Shown: one piece after another, positions 35,897-45,000 of the stretch
Layout of the letters: each line of letters opens with the position of its first letter
Numbering within the stretch: the first letter of the stretch is position 1
Virus record (IMG/VR): IMGVR_UViG_3300037692_000179
Location: 1-47,713 of that record
From: a virus
Lineage: Duplodnaviria > Caudoviricetes
Length of the DNA: 47,713 bases
Reading direction: 5' to 3' (one strand)
Made by a program: the position numbers and the translations under genes
The notes under the pieces: model-generated
Told to the model about the DNA's origin: nothing
Databases searched by the model: none
What the model saw: only the letters and a program-made list of their open reading frames with translations

Positions 35897-36439
35897 TCAC
35901 AGGTCGTTAAAGTTAACTGTCTGTCCGGCCTTTCCAGCTGTATCAAAGACCCTCTCCACCACATCCCCGCAGGAAAGAAACAGAGTGTAAATACCACTGT
36001 CAGCAAACAACTCCAACGACGCATACCCAACACTGTTTGTTACAGTCTCTCCTGTCTTAAGGACACTTAAAATACCAGCTTTAGCAACCCTGTCATTGCT
36101 CTTAGCATAGAACTTCAGCCCACCTACCGCTTCCCCAAGGACATCGGAGCTCCAGATTTCCACAACAACTTTCCCTGGTACAGCCATAGGTCCGAGTGAA
36201 GCTGGCTGACTCTCTACAAGTTCCGACGACAGTAACGTCAGTCTATAATACTTAGTCCCATCAACTTCTGGTACATCCAGGATATAAAAATCCCCAGATA
36301 CCTCTAGCCCACTCAGTGCAGTATCCAAACCCACCTGAGTAAACTCACCTAGTGGATCAGCTGCCTCATACAATCTTGCGTACACGGCGGTAAGCTGATT
36401 GTCCCCAGCTTCAGGTACATAGAACAAAAACTTAGACAT
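35897..36439 (-). CDS. Hypothetical (Ig-like) virion accessory protein
   Basis: Last gene of the minus-strand operon; AAAGGA RBS; beta-rich. Confidence 0.65.
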   Translation of the reverse strand: MSKFLFYVPEAGDNQLTAVYARLYEAADPLGEFTQVGLDTALSGLEVSGDFYILDVPEVDGTKYYRLTLLSSELVESQPASLGPMAVPGKVVVEIWSSDVLGEAVGGLKFYAKSNDRVAKAGILSVLKTGETVTNSVGYASLELFADSGIYTLFLSCGDVVERVFDTAGKAGQTVNFNDL

Positions 36440-36644
36440 ACACAAGTCCTTTCGGTCTAACAGTAGTCATTGGTTGGACATACTGAAATGACAACGGAGA
36501 TACAGTGGAGTTACCAACAAGAAATGTGAAAGACTGCGGTGCATTTGGAGGAAATATATAACCAAAAACAAGAGCTTTAGTCGGCGGATGGAGCACTGTA
36601 CCATCACCAGAAGCTGTATAAAGCCAGTCAGGATATATACTCAT
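36432..36644 (-). CDS. Hypothetical protein (70 aa)
   Basis: Overlaps both neighbours. Confidence 0.55.
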   Translation of the reverse strand: MSIYPDWLYTASGDGTVLHPPTKALVFGYIFPPNAPQSFTFLVGNSTVSPLSFQYVQPMTTVRPKGLVYV

Positions 36645-37192
36645 TGCGGTGTCCTTGTCAGCTTATCAGCAGTAATATCGAACGATGCCAGCAACGTCAT
36701 ACCGTCGTCATCATAGATACTCACGCTCCGACCATCCCCGCTAATAACCGCTTTGTTGGTCTGCATCTTGCGACTCTTGCTGGCTTCAGTAGCTGCGGTC
36801 TGCAACAGCGCAGCCTGTGCCGAGTTGAGCCCATCCGAAGTTACAACGATGGTGGACGCCGCCGACTGGATCAGCAGCACCTGCACCCCGGCGCTGTAGG
36901 CCACTGGGTCACCAAGGATACCTCCGACCAGATTTCCACCAGCAATCTTGGCGATGTAGTTCCCAGCCCAGAACTTGATCTGCCATGGAGACAATAGGTT
37001 GACTGTCATTCCAGCAAACACACCATTGCCGAGATCTTCTTTGCCAGAGGCTGTAGCGATCTGGTCATACAAAATACCACGCTCGCTGGCCTCTTCCTCA
37101 CGGATGGTGTTGATCAGCGACTGGCAGTCAAGTGTATTCTGAGGACTTGTTATACTTATCAACTGAGTCGAGTGGTCAAATTCAATAGCCAT
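36641..37192 (-). CDS. Tail-appendage-associated protein
   Basis: GAGG RBS; C-terminal VSIYDDDG.TLL..FDI motif. Confidence 0.65.
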   Translation of the reverse strand: MAIEFDHSTQLISITSPQNTLDCQSLINTIREEEASERGILYDQIATASGKEDLGNGVFAGMTVNLLSPWQIKFWAGNYIAKIAGGNLVGGILGDPVAYSAGVQVLLIQSAASTIVVTSDGLNSAQAALLQTAATEASKSRKMQTNKAVISGDGRSVSIYDDDGMTLLASFDITADKLTRTPQ

Positions 37193-37442
37193 GCCCGTCC
37201 TCTGTCACAAAGTGCCTGTAAGGAGTTGTTGAAAACGTTTCACCTGTTGTCGTATCAGTCAACGTAACAGGATGATTAAGGCTGCGGAACTCCACGGCGC
37301 TGTAGTCGAATCGGCTACCGTAGATGCGCTGAGACAACCCAATAAACAGTTTCTGCGCCTCCACGCTGTCCATAGTCTCGCGAAATTCGCTAAGCTCAGG
37401 GCCAGTGCCCCAGAATTGTGAACCCGGCTGTTTAGGCGACAT
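37182..37442 (-). CDS. Small protein with a DUF723-like repeat
   Basis: FIGLSQRIYGSRFDYSAVEF...PVTL...FSTTPYRH. Confidence 0.5.
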   Translation of the reverse strand: MSPKQPGSQFWGTGPELSEFRETMDSVEAQKLFIGLSQRIYGSRFDYSAVEFRSLNHPVTLTDTTTGETFSTTPYRHFVTEDGHGY

Positions 37443-37830
37443 TATCTTGTACCTGCGCAATATACACCGTAATCCCACCTCTAGCAAGATATGCGTATGT
37501 AACATATGGTTGGTATTTAACTGGCTCACTCGCCTTTCTTACACGAATTTCGAGCAGCATTGGATTATCATAGGCAGGTATGCTTGGAACAGTAAACTTA
37601 GATGAGCCTGCAGTACCTGCGGCAAGTACATTAGTTAAGTCAGTAGCTTGTGCTATCCAATATCGTGATCCGGCTACGATATTCTGGATTATAACATCAG
37701 CAAAGAAGAATGGGTCAGTCGGAAGTCTTTGGTTATAATAAGTCCCTATTCCATACATACCAGGTGCAGAGAATGCGGAATCCATCCCACCTATACTGTG
37801 ACCTAAAGCCGGAAATGTGTGCACGCTCAT
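37432..37830 (-). CDS. Tail-appendage-associated protein
   Basis: NIVAGSR...IRVRK motif shared with the C-terminus of 39276-40646. Confidence 0.65.
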   Translation of the reverse strand: MSVHTFPALGHSIGGMDSAFSAPGMYGIGTYYNQRLPTDPFFFADVIIQNIVAGSRYWIAQATDLTNVLAAGTAGSSKFTVPSIPAYDNPMLLEIRVRKASEPVKYQPYVTYAYLARGGITVYIAQVQDNVA

Positions 37831-37839
37831 AACAACCCC

Positions 37840-39273
37840 TTAAGCTATTAAAACCGCAGGATCAATGAACAACATGTCTGAAGATGTTATCCTTGGAGTC
37901 CTCATAAACAAGTCTATATACACAGGTGTATTCTGTTTTATTGCTTCGGTAGTTTGAAGTGTTATCTTCCATGCTGCGTAGGCAGCCTCTGTATAAATAA
38001 CAGTGTAATTCCACAGAGGCGACCCACTCGATAGGTTATTTGGGCTTTCCTGATGTCCCATTCCTGACTCAACACGACTAATATCAGTATCATCCTGATA
38101 ACCGACGACTATATAAAAGTCTTTGTCAGTTGGAGTTCCATAGGCATTGGGCAGCAAGAACTCAAGTGTAATAGTTCTCTGGGCTGACGAACTTTTATAA
38201 AATTCTACAATAGTCGCCATCTTGGCAGGTATACCACGACCAACAGCACCACTCGGCTCGTACCGGTAAGACCAGCCATCCCCTGTTGGAAGGACTGCAT
38301 TAAGTGTTGGATAAACACCAGATATTCTCCATGAAGTTATACCATACATATCTACTGTGATTGTATCCAGTACATTACCGTTGTAACCCTGGATACGAAC
38401 TACGTTGGATGCGTCAAGAGTAAGATAGTTGTACGGGATAACATTCTGGAACTGCTGAACCTTAGCATTAAAAACCTTAGCACGGCCACCATTACCAAAA
38501 TTAGCAATATATGTTGTTTCCAGGCCACCTATAACAGTGAAGCCGTATATCTCTACATCGTTTGAGTAAGACGAAATATTAAAGATAACATGAGCAGTCA
38601 ATCTTGCAATAGTACAGTTCGTATAATCTATTGTAAGATTTACAAACTTTGCGTTGTTATAAGAACCACTAGTATGTGTCATTAGGCCATATAGGGCATT
38701 ACAATACATACCGTAAACGTCAATAGATATATTCTCATAGACACCAGATGCAAATCTAAATGCCGACTGGACGTTGTTGGTAGTATCTGCTGTTCTATGA
38801 CAGATGTTCTTGTGATAAGCGTTACCTAAAAATAAGAAATAGCCATTTCCCCCATTTGTCTGATAATTTGTATGAAAAATAATACCTTTCTCTATTGAAG
38901 ATATAACAGAAAAACCTGCTAAAATATCTACGGTGTACTCTGAGGTCGTTGGATTTGTGACTGTAAACACACCACTGTCTCCAACCCACTTCTCACCAAG
39001 ATTATCAATCATAAGTGTAATTGGTGATGCTGTCGTTCCAGCGCTGGAGCTAGTTAGTGAAGCTGACATAACAAAGGACAGGTTTACACTTGAGGCGCTG
39101 GTACGAACCCATATTACATCTCCAGCAGCTAGTGTAACACCCGATCGTGGAGTACCCGCAAACAATGTAGCGAAGTTATTAAAAGCTCCTTCCGCACCAT
39201 CAGAGGCGGCCTGAGTAGGTGCTAATCCATCCCCGTTATTGGATGCTGACACATCAAGATAGTATGTGGCCAT
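37840..39273 (-). CDS. Putative receptor-binding/tailspike protein (beta-helix-like, AT-rich)
   Basis: MATYYLDVSA..NGDG...AGDVIWVR start; Asn/Tyr/Ile-rich rungs. Confidence 0.65.
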   Translation of the reverse strand: MATYYLDVSASNNGDGLAPTQAASDGAEGAFNNFATLFAGTPRSGVTLAAGDVIWVRTSASSVNLSFVMSASLTSSSAGTTASPITLMIDNLGEKWVGDSGVFTVTNPTTSEYTVDILAGFSVISSIEKGIIFHTNYQTNGGNGYFLFLGNAYHKNICHRTADTTNNVQSAFRFASGVYENISIDVYGMYCNALYGLMTHTSGSYNNAKFVNLTIDYTNCTIARLTAHVIFNISSYSNDVEIYGFTVIGGLETTYIANFGNGGRAKVFNAKVQQFQNVIPYNYLTLDASNVVRIQGYNGNVLDTITVDMYGITSWRISGVYPTLNAVLPTGDGWSYRYEPSGAVGRGIPAKMATIVEFYKSSSAQRTITLEFLLPNAYGTPTDKDFYIVVGYQDDTDISRVESGMGHQESPNNLSSGSPLWNYTVIYTEAAYAAWKITLQTTEAIKQNTPVYIDLFMRTPRITSSDMLFIDPAVLIA

Positions 39274-39275
39274 AA

Positions 39276-40646
39276 TTAACTCACAATCCCGTCAGTAGTC
39301 CTGATAGCCGAGATAGTTAACCCGGCGCTGGTCACAGTCCCGGTATTCTCAAACGGCAGAATACCCTTTTTCCGCACCCTGGCAATGACATCGAAATCAG
39401 CCGAATAGATCATGGCCGGGGAAGCAATCGAAGTGCCCGACGCCAGGGCGTCGATCAGTGGAACGAAGAACCCGCCTGTCGAACCAGTGGGATCAGGCGA
39501 TACTCCAGTGAATGTACTGCCTGACACCCCAGTATAGGTGTACTGGGTATCACCGATGCGTATAGTGCCGGCAGTTGGGATATCACCGCCAATGGAGGTT
39601 GTTGCTACGATGGTGTTACTGGTCACACTGGAGATGGTGAACTGGCTTTTGTCGATGGTACCGGCTCCGTCGTCCCTGGCCACCAGCACGCGGTCACCGG
39701 CCACCACGCTGGACACTGTAACCGTGATAGATACGGGCGGGGTATGACTATCCCCAGCAGCGTCGATCAGTTCACGATTGTTGGGGTCAGAAATGTTCTC
39801 GACCCAGACGCCTCTGGCACCGAAGAACTTGCCACCGGCAAACGAGCCGAACGGCGCAGGTTTAACCAAGGCATAGGCTGCGTTGGCAGTCTGGTAGAAT
39901 CTGCCCTCGGTGGTGTTTTCGGGGGAATCAATAGCACTGGTGTTTTCGCGGCGGGTTAGGTACTTGAGACGGCGGTACACGTCGATGATAGCGTTACCGC
40001 CACCGTCGATCACTACGTCATAGTCGACCGCACCCTGGCCGTCGCCGATGTCTTTGCTGGCGGTTCCGAAGGCGATGGTGACTCCTGCGACAGAAGCTCC
40101 ACTTTCGTCGTCGTTGCTATCGCCCGCCGTGGCCAGAGGGACCGGGTTGCGACCGCCTGTTGCCGGAGCGGTCACCTCGAAATGATCGTAGAGGTCTCCA
40201 AGGTTGCGAATGTAGGCCGTCACCTTGCGGCTGTCGATGGCGCTACCGCCATCCACCACCTTGATGAGCTGGTCGCTGTGTCCCTGGGTGTAGGCAGGGT
40301 CGGAGGGCACCAGTGCCCCGTTCTGATACCAGTAGACCACCGAGTCAGCAACGATAGTGCCGATGGTGTAGAAGTCGGCCCAGACATCATTGTTGGTGGT
40401 ATCGACTACCGAGCCACCGTAGAGGTAGGAGAAACAGTTGTCCGACCCTAGTGCCCAGCCGTTGATCAGGCTGTACTCGGTCGGTGTCTGTGCGCTCATC
40501 GGCACCTGATCGTCCATCTGACCAGCATCATCGAACAGGTCCATCAGCCACGAGTAAAATTCATTAACAGTGTACCTAGTTGTACCACTGGTATGTGTGA
40601 TAGTCTTAGCGTTGTAATCTAATGTCCAATCACTTGCAATAGCCAT
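39276..40646 (-). CDS. Virion structural/tail appendage protein (456 aa)
   Basis: AAGGA RBS; Thr/Gly/Asp-rich beta protein. Confidence 0.75.
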   Translation of the reverse strand: MAIASDWTLDYNAKTITHTSGTTRYTVNEFYSWLMDLFDDAGQMDDQVPMSAQTPTEYSLINGWALGSDNCFSYLYGGSVVDTTNNDVWADFYTIGTIVADSVVYWYQNGALVPSDPAYTQGHSDQLIKVVDGGSAIDSRKVTAYIRNLGDLYDHFEVTAPATGGRNPVPLATAGDSNDDESGASVAGVTIAFGTASKDIGDGQGAVDYDVVIDGGGNAIIDVYRRLKYLTRRENTSAIDSPENTTEGRFYQTANAAYALVKPAPFGSFAGGKFFGARGVWVENISDPNNRELIDAAGDSHTPPVSITVTVSSVVAGDRVLVARDDGAGTIDKSQFTISSVTSNTIVATTSIGGDIPTAGTIRIGDTQYTYTGVSGSTFTGVSPDPTGSTGGFFVPLIDALASGTSIASPAMIYSADFDVIARVRKKGILPFENTGTVTSAGLTISAIRTTDGIVS

Positions 40647-40667
40647 AACGAAGTCCTTTAAATAGTG

Positions 40668-41207
40668 TTATCTGTTCTTCATACCAGGTGGTGAAAAAGC
40701 CCTATCTCCGAACCACCACACGCCAGATGTAGTAGCCGAGAATACAACTGAGTAAACAATATACTTAATCAACTCCAACGCTTCATCCGGAGACAGCACA
40801 TGAGCCAACACGCCATTGCGTCTTATGACATCCAGGAAGATAACGTAGCTCAGAACAAAGAGTCCAGCGGTCAACACAGGCCTGAACAAATCCTTCACTG
40901 CATTAACCCACTTGTAACTCTCCCCGGCTTTCCTCTCGTTGCCCACCGAGACATTTAATGCATCCCAGCTTCCGACACTCGAGGACAACGCAATAGCCTG
41001 CTCATTCTCCTCTTGTTTCGCCTGCATTTGCAGTCTCTGCAACTCCGTCTCATACGCCCAACGATCCTTCTCGAACTCATGCTCCTGCTTTGACTGCCTC
41101 ATCTTCATCCAGGCAGCAATCGCACTCCCAAGAAGACCGAACACTCCACCACCAGCGGCGGCCGCACCAGTGCCAAGAATAGTACTCAGAATATCAGCCC
41201 ATCCCAT
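40668..41207 (-). CDS. Membrane protein, putative holin
   Basis: Three hydrophobic segments; RPVLT and WWFGDR motifs; adjacent to the endolysin. Confidence 0.7.
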   Translation of the reverse strand: MGWADILSTILGTGAAAAGGGVFGLLGSAIAAWMKMRQSKQEHEFEKDRWAYETELQRLQMQAKQEENEQAIALSSSVGSWDALNVSVGNERKAGESYKWVNAVKDLFRPVLTAGLFVLSYVIFLDVIRRNGVLAHVLSPDEALELIKYIVYSVVFSATTSGVWWFGDRAFSPPGMKNR

Positions 41208-41596
41208 ACTTTTTCTCCTTTCTTAGACCACCACCGTCTCGGTATTCCAAGATCCACATGCAGGAAAGTGTCGTAATACCCGAAGCCAGAAAACCCAGCT
41301 TGCTTAAACGCAAGCAGCATTTCTACAAGGCTGTGTCCTTTTAAGGCCACATCGAATGCGATCTTCTTATGCATCGACAGCGGCGCACCACCAACCCTTG
41401 CATTATGCAGCGCACATCTATGACCAGAGTAAATCACCACAGGTTCATCCAGTATCATCCTCGCCAGTTGTAACTGATCAAATGACACTTCATCATAGTA
41501 AAACTCACCACAATGCTTACACGCAAGCTCATGCGGAGAAAAGTTTTCCCATCTTTTACTATCCCAGACTACTTCCCTGTAGTGTCTTATTATCAT
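41186..41596 (-). CDS. Endolysin, peptidase M15 family
   Basis: FSPHELAC, SGHRC..HN..VGGA..S.H, AFD, FLHVD. Confidence 0.9.
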   Translation of the reverse strand: MIIRHYREVVWDSKRWENFSPHELACKHCGEFYYDEVSFDQLQLARMILDEPVVIYSGHRCALHNARVGGAPLSMHKKIAFDVALKGHSLVEMLLAFKQAGFSGFGYYDTFLHVDLGIPRRWWSKKGEKVWDGLIF

Positions 41597-41732
41597 TTAT
41601 TACTCCTGGGCAGTCGAGTCTAACACACCTTTCGAGTGATCCTTTCCCGCAGCAGTATCCTGCTTTACTTCCGCTTGCGTGACAGAAGCCACCTGGGAGC
41701 GCACGCATCTCCCACAGCACTTTTTTCTCTTG

Positions 41733-41975
41733 TCATCCTCCATGAACCCTCCTAGATTGCACTACCTCGTTCACGCGGTACTCCAGTACAGCAATCCGCT
41801 CCCTTAGAAGTGCCAAGTCAGATTTAAGACTATCATTCATCTTAAGTGTAAGACCAATCTGAAAGAGTAACAAGACAACAGCCGTTCCAACAAGTCCAAG
41901 TAACGCCTTCAGTAAAACCCTTTGTGCTGAGTGCTCCGGACAGAAATCATCATGCGCTTGTGGTTGTTCTGTCAC
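41733..41975 (-). CDS. Single-pass membrane + coiled-coil protein (lysis cassette)
   Basis: LLGLVGTAVVLLLFQIGL transmembrane segment; GAGG RBS. Confidence 0.6.
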   Translation of the reverse strand: MTEQPQAHDDFCPEHSAQRVLLKALLGLVGTAVVLLLFQIGLTLKMNDSLKSDLALLRERIAVLEYRVNEVVQSRRVHGG

Positions 41976-42019
41976 CTCGTAACCTCCCCAGTAATTGGTT
42001 CAAATTTTGTCACAATGAC

Positions 42020-45000
42020 TTAATGCCCAGCACCTTCCGCAGGTACCGCAAAGATGTAGTTAAGTTCAGGATACCTTGCATCAAGATACATTTCAGGGAT
42101 GTCACCTTTACTCAACCTCGACATCTTCCTAAAGAGGGCTGGCGCAGCTCCAGTCCCACCGATGTAGTTCTGCACAATCTTCGAGAACAACCAGTCTTCA
42201 TCTCCTTCCTGCCGTTGGTTCCAGGCTCGCCACGACGCACTAGCCAGTGGGTTCAACCTAATCCCAGGTTGGTCCCCACCACTCTCTACAAATGGTTGAT
42301 GCAAGGCCAACGGTGCAAAGTCTGAATCCAAGAAAGCATGCCCTCCTCCAACCAGTGCCCCGACAAGAAGTATCTCTTTCATCAACACCTTAGTCGTCGG
42401 CACACCGAAGACATTTGACTCACTCTTCAGTGCATCCATAACAAGGCTTGCCTTGAATTCCAGCTCCCCTTCTTTCACATACTGGCGGATGTTCTTAGCA
42501 AGGTCCATTGCCTCTTGTGTCGCCTTGGTCAACGCCTTCCCGCTCTGCATCGCCAGCATCAATCTTCTTTCAAAGATCTTGAACGGTGTCCCCTGGAACA
42601 TCAAGAACGCCCTGGCCTTCGGGCTTTTCAGCCAACTCGGATTCTGCATCCCGCCGATAAAGTTGTCTTGGAGAATCATCTTAGTCGTCGCAAACAATGC
42701 CTGGTCCGGTGTCATCCCTTTCCTTGCGGCCATCTCAACGGAGGACAAGAATGTGTGTGCTCTGTCAAAGTTCTCAACAAGTCGAACCGGCAGAGACCCG
42801 TGTTTGTTCCAGGTTTCCACAGCATCATCAATCCACTTGGACGGAAGGTTAGACGCTTCAAACCCAGAGATGTTTTCCAGGAAATGATTCTGCTTAATAA
42901 ACCCATCCACGATTTCGTCTTCAAAAGACGGGTTTACTTTCAGTCCAGATTTTTTAAGATAATCTCTAGCAATCAGCCTCAGCGGTGCTTTACTACTCCT
43001 CGGCAATGCGGCCTGCGTCACAGGGAAGTCAATCGAGGACATCGTCGCTGTCACCTTCATCATGTGCTTAAATGCAACAGACGGACTCATCCAGAGAAGC
43101 CTTGCGACTTCCAGCCCGTGGTATCTCCTGGCCCATTCATCCAGTGTCCCACCTTCATGCGGGTCAAAGGACGCTTTCACATCCCGCCAGAACTGTGACA
43201 GCGCAGGACTATTCCTGATCGTCGCGGAGTTACTATGCTTCGCCCAGCCTGTGGGATTCTTCTTATCCCAGAATTGAATATACTGAAGTCTCTTATTCAC
43301 ATCAGGCAGATACCGAGACATAATGTACTCCGTATCCGGCATCATCTGCAGCGATCCCTCAGTCCTATGATGGAGCTTTGCAAGACGAAGGGCCTCATCT
43401 GCATTCCCACCTGCAAGCTTTTCAAAGAACTTCTTCGTCTCCCTAAAGTCTCTTTCAGGGTGCACAGCGTGGTGGATGTAAGGCTTTTCGGTAATAACCT
43501 TCTCTCCGACCTTAGTCAACTCCGCACCGTAGTCCTTCATCATGTCTTTGATTCTCGCAGTCGCCGCAAGCTCCTGCCTCGACATCATCCCCTTCAGCCA
43601 CGGATACGCAGCAAAGTCAGCAGTATCTTCCACAGCCAGTGCTATCCGAGTAGTCGGAAACTCTGCGGCGAGACTTCTAACCTTCGTCTGCCACTTGACC
43701 TTGTATTCTCCGAATTGCTTTTCCAACCCAGGAAGAGCCTCGGCGTGTTCTCTCAACTGCGACTCATACACAGCAATCTCAGCTTGAAGATCTTCCTTCA
43801 CACCCTTGCCCTTTTCAAGGCGACTCTTAACCCTCGCAATATCACGCTCGAGGAGATTCTTCTTAGCCGTCCTAAACCCCCTCTCATCCACGATGTTAGC
43901 GTAGGTAGAGTCGAGTTCTTTCATGGTGGTCTTAATAGTGGTAAAGGCCTTCTTGTTTCCAAGAACCTCCGGCACTTCTCGAAGAATGTTACCAAGAACC
44001 TCCATGCTATGGTCAGTGTTATTTATCGCCGCAACTGTCTTAGCGTGCAGCTCCACAAGTGGGTTCGTAAACTTGTCGTAGTACATTTCCGCTCTGGTAT
44101 GTGGACTCAGCCATCTATCCATAGCAACTGGGAGCCACGTCTTTCTCTTAATATTCTCCGCGGCTGGAGCCATCTTCGGAGTCTGCATGAAGCCCTGAAC
44201 TTTGAAGGGTTCCTTCGGATTCACCTTCGGAGGAGTCCATCCAGCCTTTTCCCACTCCTTAAGCAAACCTTCCCGGCTCCCTTTTCCAGCAGCCTTCGTC
44301 ATCTCGACAACACCCTTCGAGACTTTACCAAGAAACTCAGGTGGGATAATCGCCGCGTCTGAGTCGTTTGGTCCAACGACTGACAACAACGCACTGATAC
44401 CAGTAGCGACGCCTGCAACAGCCAACTTTTTCCCTACACCAGGACCTTTTTCAGCTCGACCAAGCAACTCCATGTCAACGGTATCAGCCCCAGCATCCTG
44501 AACCTTCGGAGCCCTCGGCTCAGCCTTCATCTCACCCCGGCCTTTACCACCTCGGAACTCAGCCGCCTTAACCTGTACCTCATTATAGAGTTTCTGCAGC
44601 TTCCCTGAAACGTCATCCCTTGCATGAAGACGCAAGAAGTCAAACTCAGTCCCAGCAAGTCCAGGAGTCTCATCCATCATCTTGACGTAATCCTCCACGT
44701 CAAGCTTCCCTTCCAAGACCTGTGTAAACGGAGGCGGGTTTTCGCGGCTGAAGGCTGCCCGGATATCCTTCACCTGTTTCTCCGGTGAGAGCCCATTCTC
44801 AATCGCCTTCGAGATCGTCCTCGTCTGCTCATCCTTAATGGACTCACCGAGACTCTGCCTCGCTGTAGATGAGACTGACTTTATAATCTTTTCCTGTTCA
44901 GACGCCGTGGCCTCTGCTACACTGGCGGCAGCCTTTTCCTCAGTCGCAAGGTTCTTCCTCGCAGACTCAACTATCTCTCCTCCAGGAGTCTTCTTCCTGA

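Noticed and set aside
35897-40646. Diversity-generating retroelement acting on tail genes
   Set aside because: No reverse transcriptase, and no TR/VR pair differing at adenines was seen.
41600-41732. tRNA or small gene between the lysis genes
   Set aside because: No cloverleaf or TTCRA arm in context. A short Cys-rich minus-strand frame exists but lacks a convincing start.
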